Shown: positions 46,377 through 56,307, counted from the stretch's first letter. The stretch is DNA of 64,000 nt from Gemmatimonadaceae bacterium (GCA_036675455.1 JAKFFA010000051.1:16958-80957), one strand, 5' to 3'. Numbers and translations: made by a program. The notes: generated by a model not told the origin, from the letters alone.

Positions 46377-46732
46377 GCCCGACGCTCCGATTCCATCCAC
46401 CGTGTCCATTCGGGCTCGGCCAGGCCGAGCGTAAGTTTTGAGCCCCAGCGCGTGAGTGGCTGGGTCAACAGCAGGGGTTCCTCTGCCAACAGCGAAGCCC
46501 AGCGATCATCGCCCATGCGCGAGACGCCGAGGCCGAGTTCTGCATACCGTCGCGAATTCTTGTCGATGAGGGCGGTGACACCGAATCTTTGGATGAAGCG
46601 CTGCAGCTCGCCCTTGCTCGCCGCCCGCTCGCGAAGGTCCACGAAGTGCACCTTCACGCGTCGCTCGCTCCAAAACCGAAGGGCCCGCCGCGTCTCCTGG
46701 CTCTTCTGTGTACCGAACACCTGCACTTCCAC
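46373..46732 (-). CDS. ArsC/Spx-like thioredoxin-fold protein lacking Cys
   Basis: VQVFGTQKSQETRRALRF...PLLLTQPL. Confidence 0.75.
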   Translation of the reverse strand: MEVQVFGTQKSQETRRALRFWSERRVKVHFVDLRERAASKGELQRFIQRFGVTALIDKNSRRYAELGLGVSRMGDDRWASLLAEEPLLLTQPLTRWGSKLTLGLAEPEWTRWMESERRA

Positions 46733-46803
46733 GCGAACAGCCCCCGATATTGCAAGGTCGGATTCATTCCTTCGTCAGCGCACATTTCGTCGCCTGCGCA
46801 TTG

Positions 46804-46843
46804 CCCGGCTCTGGTCGCAAGCGGTCCCCGGCTCTGGTCGCAA
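46804..46843. repeat. 17-bp perfect direct repeat, period 23
   Basis: CCCGGCTCTGGTCGCAA at 46804 and 46827. Confidence 0.85.
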
Positions 46844-46858
46844 TCTACTGAGAGGTAC

Positions 46859-47842
46859 GTGCCGAATCATCCGTCATTTCATCCCGCCTGGTGGCTTCCG
46901 GGTGCACATCTGCCGACCATCTGGGGCAAGATGGCCCGCCGGATCGACGCGGCGTATCAGCGCGTCGAGTGCTGGCCAACGCCCGACGGGGACACGATCT
47001 CCGTGGCGCGCGTGGATGCGCGCGAGACCGGCGCTCCGACGCTGGCCATCTTTCATGGCCTCGAGGGCTCCATCCGGTCCACCTATGCGCAGGGCCTCAT
47101 GCAGCAGGCCACGCGGCTCGGATGGGGTGCCTCGCTGCTGATTTTCCGTTCGTGCGACGGGCGCGTGCCCACCGTGCCACGGATGTATCACTCGGGCGAG
47201 ACCTCGGACGCCGATTTCTTCATCCGGCGGCTCATCGCCGAGCGGCCCGGCGCGCCGCTCTTCTGCGCGGGAGTCTCGCTGGGCGCGAACGTGCTGCTCA
47301 AGTGGCTCGGTGAACAAGGCGCTGCGGTTCCGGCCGAGGTGAAGGCCGCGGCGGCCGTCTCAACGCCGTTCGATCTCACGGCGGGCGCCCGGAACCTGGA
47401 GCGAGGCTTCGCACAGGTGTACGCGCGGCATTTTCTCAAATCGCTCAAGCGGAAGGCCGTGGCCGCCATCGCCCGACATCCAACCCTGCCGGTGATTCCA
47501 GGGCGGGTCGACGCCGCGCGCACCATCTGGGAGTTCGACGACGCTTTCACGGCACCCGTGCACGGATTCGCCGGCGCCGATGACTACTACCGCCGTTCGA
47601 GCTCCATACACTTCCTGCGCGACATCGCAGTGCCAACATTGCTCCTCTCGGCCGAGGACGATCCCTTCCTGCCACGCTCCGTGCTCGACCAGGTCCGTGG
47701 GACGGCCGGGGGCAACCCTTTGCTGGACATCGACTTCACCACGCACGGGGGGCATGTGGGATGGATCGCGGGACAGCCGTGGTCGCCGCAGTACGAGATG
47801 GAACAGCGTGTTGCGGATTGGTTGGCCGACAGTCACGAATAA
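46859..47842 (+). CDS. YheT-family alpha/beta hydrolase
   Basis: HLPTIW, FHGLEGS, YHSGET, GVSLGAN, DDPF, GGHVG; GTG after GAGG. Confidence 0.9.
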   Translation: MPNHPSFHPAWWLPGAHLPTIWGKMARRIDAAYQRVECWPTPDGDTISVARVDARETGAPTLAIFHGLEGSIRSTYAQGLMQQATRLGWGASLLIFRSCDGRVPTVPRMYHSGETSDADFFIRRLIAERPGAPLFCAGVSLGANVLLKWLGEQGAAVPAEVKAAAAVSTPFDLTAGARNLERGFAQVYARHFLKSLKRKAVAAIARHPTLPVIPGRVDAARTIWEFDDAFTAPVHGFAGADDYYRRSSSIHFLRDIAVPTLLLSAEDDPFLPRSVLDQVRGTAGGNPLLDIDFTTHGGHVGWIAGQPWSPQYEMEQRVADWLADSHE

Positions 47843-47897
47843 CCGACGGATCCAAGGCGGCCAACTAACACGGCCCCAAAACGTATATGTTACTAGC

Positions 47898-47912
47898 TGA
47901 TAGCGATTCTCA
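47898..47912. promoter_or_regulatory. Fur-box-like 7-1-7 site upstream of the desaturase
   Basis: TGATAGC-G-ATTCTCA matches TGATAAT-N-ATTATCA at 11 of 14 positions; just downstream of TATGTT. Confidence 0.5.
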
Positions 47913-47933
47913 AACCCTCTCGAAGGACCTCCA

Positions 47934-49121
47934 TTGAGCGGCACGGCTACTGAGTTCCACGACGACATCATCTATCCCAATACGGTCGCGTTCGTCTTCG
48001 TCCATCTGGCGCCCTTGGCTGCCTTCTGGACCGGCGTCACGGCCACTTCGATCGTCCTCTGCATCACGCTCTACGTCGTGCGCATGTTCGGCGTCACGGC
48101 CGGCTACCATCGCTACTTCTCGCACCGCTCATTCAAGACATCGCGGCTGGGCCAGTTCCTGCTGGCCTTCCTCGCCATGAGCTCGACGCAGAAGTCGGTG
48201 CTCTGGTGGGCCGCGCTGCATCGCCATCACCACCGGCATTCAGATCAGGAAGAAGACATCCACTCGCCCGTGCTGCGGAGCTTCTTCTACTCGCACGTCG
48301 GCTGGATCTTCGACGAGCGATACAGCGAGACGCGCGTCGAGGATGTGCCCGACCTCGTGAAGTATCCCGAGCTGCGTTTCCTCGACCGGCACCAGCTGAT
48401 CCCCGGCATCGCGCTTGGCATCGTCTGCTTCCTCATCGACGGCTGGGCCGGGTTGCTGATCGGGTTCTTCCTGAGCACCGTGCTGCTGTACCATGGCACG
48501 TTCTTCATCAACTCGCTCGCGCACGTGCACGGCAAGCAGCGCTACCTCACGGGCGATGACTCGCGCAACAACTGGTGGCTGGCCATCATCACGCTGGGTG
48601 AGGGATGGCACAACAACCACCACGCCTACCAGCGCTCCACGCGTCAGGGCTTCCGTTGGTACGAGATCGACATCACGTACTACGTGCTGAAGGCGCTCTC
48701 GTGGACCGGCCTCGTGTGGGACTTGGGCGAGCCGCCGGCGGAAGTCGTGCGCAATGAGCGTCGCGTCGGCACGGCCGTGCTCGAGAAAGTCTCGCGCCAG
48801 TTGGCCGAGCATTTTTCGGCCGCCGCGATCTCGGCGCAGGCCGCGCAGGCCCGTGAGAGCTTCGACGCGCATCCGAAGGTGATCGAGCTGCGCGCCAAGC
48901 TCGCGGCCGGCCAGGCGCGCGCCGAGGAAGCATGGCACGAGTTGCAGCAGCACTTGCCGCAGTTGCCGCACCTGCCGAGCGCGGCCGAGATTCGCGCGCG
49001 CGCCCTTGCGCTGTACGCGGAGTCACCGTCCACGGACGAGATCGTCGCGCGCACGAGACAGATGATCGCCGAGCGATTCAGCATCGAACTGTTCCCCGAG
49101 CTGCGTCCCACGTTCGCCTGA
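47934..49121 (+). CDS. Acyl-CoA delta-9-type fatty acid desaturase
   Basis: His boxes HRYFSH, HRHHH and GEGWHNNHH. Confidence 0.93.
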   Translation: MSGTATEFHDDIIYPNTVAFVFVHLAPLAAFWTGVTATSIVLCITLYVVRMFGVTAGYHRYFSHRSFKTSRLGQFLLAFLAMSSTQKSVLWWAALHRHHHRHSDQEEDIHSPVLRSFFYSHVGWIFDERYSETRVEDVPDLVKYPELRFLDRHQLIPGIALGIVCFLIDGWAGLLIGFFLSTVLLYHGTFFINSLAHVHGKQRYLTGDDSRNNWWLAIITLGEGWHNNHHAYQRSTRQGFRWYEIDITYYVLKALSWTGLVWDLGEPPAEVVRNERRVGTAVLEKVSRQLAEHFSAAAISAQAAQARESFDAHPKVIELRAKLAAGQARAEEAWHELQQHLPQLPHLPSAAEIRARALALYAESPSTDEIVARTRQMIAERFSIELFPELRPTFA

Positions 49122-49194
49122 CCCATCCTCAATTCGGCCGGCGCGCGCGTGCGCTCGTCGGGACTCACGAACGCACATCAACGAATGCACGTTT

Positions 49195-49230
49195 AAGGAG
49201 GGTGGCCACGCAGGCCACCCTCCTTTTTCT
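49195..49230 (+). terminator. Intrinsic terminator
   Basis: AAGGAGGGTGGCC-ACGCA-GGCCACCCTCCTT-TTTCT. Confidence 0.88.
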
Positions 49231-49294
49231 GCTCCTGTTTCACTGCCGCAGCCATGAAGGCCGTCGTGCCGCGTGGCGATCACCGGAGACTCCC

Positions 49295-50221
49295 ATGTCA
49301 AATCATTCCTCGCTCCTGCTGCTTCCCCTCGTCGCCGTGCTCGGCGCGTGTTCGTTCGAACGCGTGATGCCAGAGGATGCGAACGCGGCCGCGCTCGCCG
49401 CCGAGCATGCGGGACATGACATGGACGCAGGGATGTCCGAAGCAGCGGCCAGCGTGTATACCCAGGAAGGCATCGCACCCGGTGCGGCCGAGGCCGCCCA
49501 GCGCCTGCAGGATTCGCCTCGCCACGCGGAGTGGGCGATGGTAGCGCTCGAGCCGGGTTCGGCGGATTCAATCGCCGCGTTCGTCGTGTATCCCGAGCGC
49601 CGGGAGAACGCGCCGGTGGTCATTGTGATCCACGAGATCTTCGGGCTGTCGACCTGGGTGCGCAGCGTGGCGGACCAGCTCGCCGCAGACGGCTTCATCG
49701 CGATCGCACCCGACCTGCTCTCGATCGAGCGCGGCGGCGCGACGACGGATTCGCTGCCGTACGACGAGGCGCGCGCCATGATCCGCAGTGTGTCGCCGGA
49801 CGAGATGAATGCCATGGTGGCCGCCGTGGCCAACTACGGCATGGCGCTGCCGGCGGCGACGGACAAGTACGGCGTCGTGGGCTATTGCTGGGGCGGCTCG
49901 GCGTCGTTCAACCATGCCGTGTTCGGGGCGCCCGGCCTGAGTGCCTCGGTGGTGTACTATGGGAGCTCACCGTCAGCCGAGGATCTCGCCAAGGTGCGCG
50001 TACCGGTGCTGGGACTCTATGCCGACACGGATCAGCGGGTGAACGCGACCATCCCGCGCGCGGACTCGGTGCTCAAGGCGAATGACGTGCGCTTCGTCAA
50101 GCACGTGTATTCGGGTGCGCGGCACGGGTTTCTCCGCGCGCAGGATGATTCGTCCAACGCGGCCGCGAGCCGGCAGGCTTGGCCGGAGACGGTGGCCTGG
50201 TTCCGACAGTACTTGAAGTAG
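49295..50221 (+). CDS. Dienelactone hydrolase family lipoprotein
   Basis: Lipobox LGAC; IHEIFGL, GYCWGG, HGF. Confidence 0.9.
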   Translation: MSNHSSLLLLPLVAVLGACSFERVMPEDANAAALAAEHAGHDMDAGMSEAAASVYTQEGIAPGAAEAAQRLQDSPRHAEWAMVALEPGSADSIAAFVVYPERRENAPVVIVIHEIFGLSTWVRSVADQLAADGFIAIAPDLLSIERGGATTDSLPYDEARAMIRSVSPDEMNAMVAAVANYGMALPAATDKYGVVGYCWGGSASFNHAVFGAPGLSASVVYYGSSPSAEDLAKVRVPVLGLYADTDQRVNATIPRADSVLKANDVRFVKHVYSGARHGFLRAQDDSSNAAASRQAWPETVAWFRQYLK

Positions 50222-50229
50222 TCGGCGGA

Positions 50230-50517
50230 CTATCGCGCCGCGACTGCTACGAAGCGGATCCAGTCGGGCCAGTTGCCGCTCATCTCGAAGAAATCGTCGA
50301 AATACGTCAGGCCCTTTTCCTCGAGTGCGGCGATGAGCGCCTGCAGGCCTTCGTCCTCATAGATGGGGCCGATGGCGATGAGCGCGCCCTCCACCTGGAA
50401 TTCATCCGCCGTGAGGTTGAGCCACTCATCGATGGACTGGCGGGTGATGCCGGAGCGCTCGAAGGCCTCGCGGCGGATGAACAGGGTCGGGGCGTTCGTC
50501 GTGAGCGGGATGGGCAT
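50230..50517 (-). CDS. Small acidic hypothetical protein
   Basis: High-GC3 codons; GLTYFDDFFEMSGNWPDW; TAATCT 5 nt upstream of the ATG. Confidence 0.75.
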   Translation of the reverse strand: MPIPLTTNAPTLFIRREAFERSGITRQSIDEWLNLTADEFQVEGALIAIGPIYEDEGLQALIAALEEKGLTYFDDFFEMSGNWPDWIRFVAVAAR

Positions 50518-50533
50518 GCTGTAGATTACGTGA
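50518..50533. promoter_or_regulatory. Overlapping bidirectional -10 element
   Basis: TAGATT on plus (50522-50527) and TAATCT on minus (50528-50523), 6 and 5 nt from the two divergent ATGs. Confidence 0.65.
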
Positions 50534-52438
50534 ATGGATCGGGCCGCGCAGGACTATGACGTCATCGTGATCGGCGGAGGCCACGCCGGCACGGAGGCCG
50601 CCGTGGCCGCGGCCCGTCGAGGCGCACGCGTTGCGCTGCTCACCACGTCGCTCGAAACCATCGGGCAACTGTCGTGCAACCCGGCCATGGGCGGCGTCGC
50701 CAAGGGCACGGTCGTGCGCGAGATCGACGCGCTCGGCGGCGTCATGGCCCGCGCGACCGACGTGGCGAGTATCCAGTTCCGCATGCTGAATCGCGGCAAG
50801 GGGCCCGCCGTGTGGGCGCCACGCGCGCAAGCTGATCGCGGGCTCTATCGACGCGCCGTGCGCTCGCTTGTGGAGGAGCAACCCGGTGTGGTGACGCTGC
50901 AGGGCACCGCCGCCCGCTTGCTCGCCGACGGAGGCCGCATCAGCGGCATCGAAACCGTCGAGGGCCGCCGCTTCTCCGCGCGGGCCGTCGTGATTACCAC
51001 CGGCACGTTCCTGCGCGGGCGCATCCATGTGGGGACTGGGCTGGCAATGAGTGGCGGCCGTGCGGGCGAGGCGGCGACGGTCGCGCTCGCCGAGCAGTTC
51101 GCAGACTTCGGGCTCGAGACGCAGCGGTTCAAGACCGGGACGCCGCCGCGCATCGACGGCCGCTCGGTGAACTATGCACAGCTGCAGCGCCAGGACAGCG
51201 AGGTCGAGGACTTCGATTTCACATGGTCAGCCTTTTGGCCGTCGCCGCGGCGCGTGGGAGATCGCACGCGTCACCCGGAACAGCTGCCGTGTTGGATCAC
51301 CTACGTCGAGGACGCCGCGAAAGACTTGGTGCGCGAGCGGCTGGGCGAGTCGGCGATGTATGGCGGCGCGATCGGCGCACGAGGGCCGCGGTACTGTCCC
51401 AGCATCGAAGACAAGATCGTCCGGTTTCCCGACGCCGAGCGACATCAGTTGTACTTGGAGCCCGAGGGCCTCGACACGCGCGAGTTGTACGTCAATGGAC
51501 TGTCGACGTCGCTGCCCGTGGACGCACAGCTGGAGTTGCTGCATCGCATCGCCGGCCTTGAACGGGCCGTGATGACGCGGCCCGGCTACGCGATCGAATA
51601 TGACTATGTCCCACCGACGCAGCTCGAGCCAACGCTCGAGACGCGCGCGGTGGCTGGGCTTTTTCTGGCCGGGCAGATCAATGGCACGACCGGCTATGAG
51701 GAGGCGGGTGCGCAGGGCGTCGTCGCAGGGCTTAACGCCGCGGCGTCCGCGCTGGACCTGGCGCCGGTGGTCTTGGGTCGCTCGAGCTCGTACATCGGCG
51801 TCCTCGTGGACGACCTCGTGACGCGCGGTGTGGACGAGCCGTACCGGCTGTTCACCTCGCGCTCGGAGTTCCGCCTGACCGTGCGACAGGACAACGCACT
51901 CGGCCGGCTGGTCGGAACGTCGCGAGAGCTGTGCCTGCTGACCGACGACGAACAGCGGCTCGCGGACCGCCGGCTCGCGGACGAAGTCGGCGCGATGACG
52001 CTCGCGCGCACGACCAGCCTTACGCCGGACGCTGCGGCGGGCGTGCTTGAGCGAGCCGGCGAACGCGGGCTCGCACACGCGGTGCCGGTGATCGAGGTGG
52101 CGCGGCGACAAAAGGTCGCGTTGGGTGAGTTGTTCGATGCCGCCGGTGTGGGCGGCCACCTCACGCGTGAGGCCGTCATCACGGCGGACCTCGAGATCAA
52201 GTACGCTGGATATTTCGCGCGCGAGCGCGCCGCAGCCGATCGGCTTGAGCGCATGGGTGAGCGCCCGTTGCCTGCCAATGCGCCGTATGCGCTCATGCGC
52301 TCCGTGAGCGCCGAGGCGCGGCAGAAACTCGCTGTCCGCCGGCCGGGCACGTTGGCGCAGGCGGCGACGATCCCGGGAGTCAGCCCGGCCGATCTCCAGA
52401 ACCTGGTCCTTGAAATAGATAGATGGCAACGCGCCTGA
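50534..52438 (+). CDS. mnmG: tRNA uridine-5-carboxymethylaminomethyl synthesis enzyme
   Basis: [60 protein letters not shown]. Confidence 0.97.
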   Translation: MDRAAQDYDVIVIGGGHAGTEAAVAAARRGARVALLTTSLETIGQLSCNPAMGGVAKGTVVREIDALGGVMARATDVASIQFRMLNRGKGPAVWAPRAQADRGLYRRAVRSLVEEQPGVVTLQGTAARLLADGGRISGIETVEGRRFSARAVVITTGTFLRGRIHVGTGLAMSGGRAGEAATVALAEQFADFGLETQRFKTGTPPRIDGRSVNYAQLQRQDSEVEDFDFTWSAFWPSPRRVGDRTRHPEQLPCWITYVEDAAKDLVRERLGESAMYGGAIGARGPRYCPSIEDKIVRFPDAERHQLYLEPEGLDTRELYVNGLSTSLPVDAQLELLHRIAGLERAVMTRPGYAIEYDYVPPTQLEPTLETRAVAGLFLAGQINGTTGYEEAGAQGVVAGLNAAASALDLAPVVLGRSSSYIGVLVDDLVTRGVDEPYRLFTSRSEFRLTVRQDNALGRLVGTSRELCLLTDDEQRLADRRLADEVGAMTLARTTSLTPDAAAGVLERAGERGLAHAVPVIEVARRQKVALGELFDAAGVGGHLTREAVITADLEIKYAGYFARERAAADRLERMGERPLPANAPYALMRSVSAEARQKLAVRRPGTLAQAATIPGVSPADLQNLVLEIDRWQRA

Positions 52439-54408
52439 TCGCGCTGTTCCTGTTGGCGATGTCACTGCTCCCATTCGCCAACATGCTACCGGCGGGTGAG
52501 ACGGACCCGGCCTACCTGAGCCGGATGCTCGATTGGTTGAATGGGCTCGCGTTGTGTGCGGGTGTGGGAGCGCTGGCGGTGTACATCACGCGCGCGCAGC
52601 GCCGCACGGCGGCGGCTGTCACCGAAACAACTCGAACGCCGGCAGTGGGTTCGGAGCCGGCACGCGACCGCGTCTTCCTCGCCGTCACCGCCGTACTCGT
52701 GTTCGCGCTATACGCGACCATCGCGCGATTTGTCTTCAGCGGCCGGCCACTGCTCATCGACGAGATCGTGCAGGTGCTGCAGGCGCGCTGGTATGCTGCG
52801 GGCCACCTCTGGATGCCGGTGCCGGCCCTGCGCGAGTTCTTCTCGATCATGCACCTGGTGGACCTAGGCGATAAGGTCTTCAGTCAGTATCCAGCCGGCG
52901 GACCGGCCATGCTCGCACTCGGCTCGCTGGTCGGCGCGGAATGGCTCGTGGGACCCGCCGTGGGCGCCGTGAGCGTCGTGCTTTTTGCGCAGTTGCTGCC
53001 GTACCTCGAGCCGGGGTCGTCGCGGCGCTGGCGGCGCTGGACGACCGTGTTGTTCGCTCTCGCGCCGTTCGGCGCGTTCATGTTCGGGTCGCACATGAAC
53101 CACGCCACGTCGCTCATGTGGTTGCTGCTGGCCGTGGTCATGCTGGCGCACGCCACACGGTCTGACGACGCCTCGCCCTGGTGGGCCCTCGCCATGGGGC
53201 TCGCGCTCGGCTGCGCTGCGACGATCCGGCCGATGGACGGTGTCGCATTCGCGCTGCCTGCGGCAGCTTGGCTGCTGTTCCGCGCGCGGCGTGGTGGGCG
53301 CGCGCTTATTTCTCTCGTCGCATCGGGCGTCGGCGTGGCAATCCCCTTGGCGCTGTTGTTCTGGGTGAACGCCGAGACGACCGGAAGCGCGCTGGTGTTT
53401 GGCTACGACCAGTTGTGGGGAAGCCAGCACGCGATCGGTTTCCATGAGGCCGCGTGGGGGCCACCGCACACACCGATGCGCGGCGTCGAGCTCATCAGCC
53501 TCTACTTCACGCAGCTTTCGACCCACCTGCTCGAGACGCCATTTCCAGCGGTGCTGCTGATCGTCGGCAGTTTGTGGTTGGCGCGCGGACTGCGGTCACT
53601 CGACAAGTACCTGTTGTGGTCGGCCGGGTTGGTCACGCTCGGCTATTGGGCGTATTGGCACGAAGGCGATTTCCTCGGCCCACGATTCCTGTTCGCGCTG
53701 TTTCCGCTGTGCGTCGTCTGGCTTGCGCGGTTCCCGGTCTACGTCCGCGCCAGATTGGGCGCTGCGAGCGCCGCGTGGATGGGCGTTCGGGCCGGGCTCG
53801 TCGCGGCGGGCTTGCTGGCCGTGGTGCAGCTGGTTGCCGTCCGGATCCCGTCGTATCGCAACGGCCTCACGACGATGCGAACGGACATCGAGCGTGAGTC
53901 GGCGCGCGCCGGCGTGCGCAATGCGCTGGTGCTCGTGAAGGAGAGCTGGGGCGCCCGGCTCGTGGTGCGCGCATGGGCACTGGGTGTGCCGCGCACGGCG
54001 ACGGAGCGGCTTTACCGGCTCGTCGATGCCTGCCGCCTGGAGCTGGCCATCACGGCGCTCGAGGAGCAGGGTATCACGGGTGAGGAGGCCGAACGGCGGT
54101 TGCGCCCGCTGTTGGCGGATTCGTCGCAGGTGATACGCTCCACCCGGTCGCCCGACGACACCCAAGGCATGCAGCCGGGCATCGTGTATCCGCCGTTGTG
54201 CGAGGAGGAGCTCGAGCGCGATTGGAAGGGCTACACGCACCTCGCGCCGTTCCGCCTGGCCCAGGATGGGAACATCTACGCGCGTTGGTTGCCGGGCCGC
54301 GAGGCAGAGATCATGGCGCGCTTCCCGGATCGGGACGTGTACTTGCTGAGTCGGGATGGGCCGGAGGTGCGGGCTCCGCTGGTCTGGGAGCCGCTGCGCG
54401 AGCGCTGA
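52423..54408 (+). CDS. Multi-TM GT-C (ArnT/PMT-like) glycosyltransferase
   Basis: DE motif after a TM (LLIDE), SQYPAG, IRPMD, GPRFL; about 12 TMs plus a C-terminal periplasmic domain. Confidence 0.7.
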   Translation: MATRLIALFLLAMSLLPFANMLPAGETDPAYLSRMLDWLNGLALCAGVGALAVYITRAQRRTAAAVTETTRTPAVGSEPARDRVFLAVTAVLVFALYATIARFVFSGRPLLIDEIVQVLQARWYAAGHLWMPVPALREFFSIMHLVDLGDKVFSQYPAGGPAMLALGSLVGAEWLVGPAVGAVSVVLFAQLLPYLEPGSSRRWRRWTTVLFALAPFGAFMFGSHMNHATSLMWLLLAVVMLAHATRSDDASPWWALAMGLALGCAATIRPMDGVAFALPAAAWLLFRARRGGRALISLVASGVGVAIPLALLFWVNAETTGSALVFGYDQLWGSQHAIGFHEAAWGPPHTPMRGVELISLYFTQLSTHLLETPFPAVLLIVGSLWLARGLRSLDKYLLWSAGLVTLGYWAYWHEGDFLGPRFLFALFPLCVVWLARFPVYVRARLGAASAAWMGVRAGLVAAGLLAVVQLVAVRIPSYRNGLTTMRTDIERESARAGVRNALVLVKESWGARLVVRAWALGVPRTATERLYRLVDACRLELAITALEEQGITGEEAERRLRPLLADSSQVIRSTRSPDDTQGMQPGIVYPPLCEEELERDWKGYTHLAPFRLAQDGNIYARWLPGREAEIMARFPDRDVYLLSRDGPEVRAPLVWEPLRER

Positions 54409-54522
54409 CCGCGGGCGCCGCTGCGGGGTATGACGGTGCGTTGTACGTGAGGCCGCGTGGGTCACGAGCCGGCGATGGCCGCGTCGTTATTAGTATCGAG
54501 GTATTACTAATTGGAGAATGTG

Positions 54523-55272
54523 ATGAGAACTCACTCGGTCGTTCGGATGCTGGCGTGTGCAGTGGTGGTGACAGGATGTTCCTCCGCGCTCGCCGCGCAG
54601 CCGCCGGCGCTCGCCGCGCCGATGGCCGCGCCGCCGCAAATCATCGCCAGCGCGCGCGAGCAGGTGGAGATCTCGCCGGACCGGGCGATGCTGAGCCTGG
54701 CGGTGCAGACGACCGCGAAGACGGCGGCCGCGGCGGGTCGTGAGAATGCCCGTATCCAAACGGCCGTGCTCGACACGCTGAAGAAGATGGGCATCGAATC
54801 CGAGCAGATCCGCACGCAGGGCGTCAGCGTGTCGCCGCAGTACGAGTATCCGCGCGATGGGGGGCGTCCGACGATTGTCGGCTACGAGGCAAGCAATGCG
54901 GTGCAGATCGAGCTGCGCGACCTGACGAAGGTCGGGACGACGATTGACGGGGGGTTGGGCGCCGGTGCGACCAGGGTCGGCGGTCTGCGGTTCTTTGCCT
55001 CGAACACGGACGAGGCGCGCCGCGAAGCGATGCGCCTAGCGGTGGAGAGTGTTCGCATGGACGCCGAGGCAGTGGCGCGGGCGGCGGGAGGGCAGTTGGG
55101 TTCGCTGATTGAGATCTTGGTGCATCCGGCCGATGACGGTCGTCAGGGCTACGACGTGATGCCGATGGCGCTGATGAAGTCGGCGCAGGCAGAAGCCACG
55201 ACGCCGATCGAAGCGGGGCTGATCACGGTGAGCGTGAGTCTGACCGCCAAGTTCCATTATATCTCGCGATAG
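54523..55272 (+). CDS. SIMPL-domain (YggE/BP26-like) exported protein
   Basis: Signal peptide; SPDRAML, IRTQGVSVSPQY, GYEASN, AARAAGGQLG, TPIEAG. Confidence 0.9.
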   Translation: MRTHSVVRMLACAVVVTGCSSALAAQPPALAAPMAAPPQIIASAREQVEISPDRAMLSLAVQTTAKTAAAAGRENARIQTAVLDTLKKMGIESEQIRTQGVSVSPQYEYPRDGGRPTIVGYEASNAVQIELRDLTKVGTTIDGGLGAGATRVGGLRFFASNTDEARREAMRLAVESVRMDAEAVARAAGGQLGSLIEILVHPADDGRQGYDVMPMALMKSAQAEATTPIEAGLITVSVSLTAKFHYISR

Positions 55273-55293
55273 CGGGCAAGATGTGGATTGGGG

Positions 55294-55326
55294 AGGCGCA
55301 CGGGGATTTTCTCCGTGCGCCTTTTT
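55294..55326 (+). terminator. Intrinsic terminator
   Basis: AGGCGCACGGGG-ATTTT-CTCCGTGCGCCT-TTTT. Confidence 0.85.
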
Positions 55327-55395
55327 GCGTCGGGGGAGCTGGTTCCGCTTCGCTTTCGCGGGGGAGGAGCGGTGAAGCTGATGTGGATTGGATGT

Positions 55396-55411
55396 TGTTT
55401 CACGTGAAACA
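55396..55411. other. parS: parS site (consensus)
   Basis: TGTTTCACGTGAAACA, a perfect palindrome just upstream of parA. Confidence 0.95.
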
Positions 55412-55429
55412 TTAACGCCGGTGAGTAGT

Positions 55430-55445
55430 CATTCCACGTGAAACA
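55430..55445. other. parS: Second parS site
   Basis: CATTCCACGTGAAACA. Confidence 0.85.
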
Positions 55446-55529
55446 TTTAGGCTAGTAAGCGAACGCGCTCGGACGTATATTCGGCCGTTCATGCTGGACC
55501 GTCGGTACCCCATAACTCCGCACGCCAAC

Positions 55530-56297
55530 GTGGCTCGCATCATCGCAATCGCGAATCAAAAAGGTGGCGTAGGCAAGACCACGACCGCGGTGAATCTCGC
55601 CGCTTCGCTAGCCGCCGCCGAACAACGAACCCTCCTCGTCGACGGCGACCCTCAAGGGAACGCCACGAGTGGCATCGGCGTCGTGCGGGACGAAATTCAG
55701 GAAACCATCTATGATGTCCTCCTGAACCCCGACCGAATCGATGGCGTGATTCGAAAAGGCGTTCAGTTCCGGCACCTCGATGTGTTGCCGGCCACGCCCG
55801 ACCTGGCTGGTGCTGAGATCGAGCTCGTTGACCAAGACGATCGTGAGCTGGCCATGCGTCGCGCACTCGAGCGCGTGCGCGATCAGTACGACTTCATCTT
55901 GATCGACTGCCCGCCGTCGTTGGGTCTGATCACGGTCAACATGCTCGCGGCTGCTGACGCTTTGCTAATCCCGCTCCAGTGCGAGTACTACGCGCTGGAA
56001 GGACTCTCACAACTCCTGAACACGGTCCACCTGGTGCAGCAGGGCGTGAACCCCTCGCTCGGCATCGACGGTGTGCTGCTGACGATGTACGACGCGCGCC
56101 TCAATCTCTCGCGTCAGGTCGCGGCGGACGCGCGCGAGTACTTCGGTACCAAAGTCTTTCAGTCCGTCGTGCCGCGAAACATCCGCCTCGCCGAAGCGCC
56201 GAGCTTCGGGAAGCCCATCATCCTATACGATGTGGCTTCTGTAGGTGCGCAAGCGTACATGGGGGTCGCCCGCGAGCTGCTCGACCGCCGACTGTAA
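55530..56297 (+). CDS. parA: Chromosome partitioning ATPase Soj/ParA
   Basis: NQKGGVGKTT, DPQGN, IDCPPSLG, QCEYYALEG, LAEAPSFG; GTG at 55530 (alternative ATG at 55491). Confidence 0.97.
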   Translation: MARIIAIANQKGGVGKTTTAVNLAASLAAAEQRTLLVDGDPQGNATSGIGVVRDEIQETIYDVLLNPDRIDGVIRKGVQFRHLDVLPATPDLAGAEIELVDQDDRELAMRRALERVRDQYDFILIDCPPSLGLITVNMLAAADALLIPLQCEYYALEGLSQLLNTVHLVQQGVNPSLGIDGVLLTMYDARLNLSRQVAADAREYFGTKVFQSVVPRNIRLAEAPSFGKPIILYDVASVGAQAYMGVARELLDRRL

Positions 56298-56307
56298 GGC
56301 ATTGCCG

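Noticed and set aside
54489-54511. Palindrome as CIRCE or an NrtR box
   Set aside because: It does not fit TTAGCACTC-N9-GAGTGCTAA or the GT-N7-AC core; kept only as an unassigned inverted repeat.
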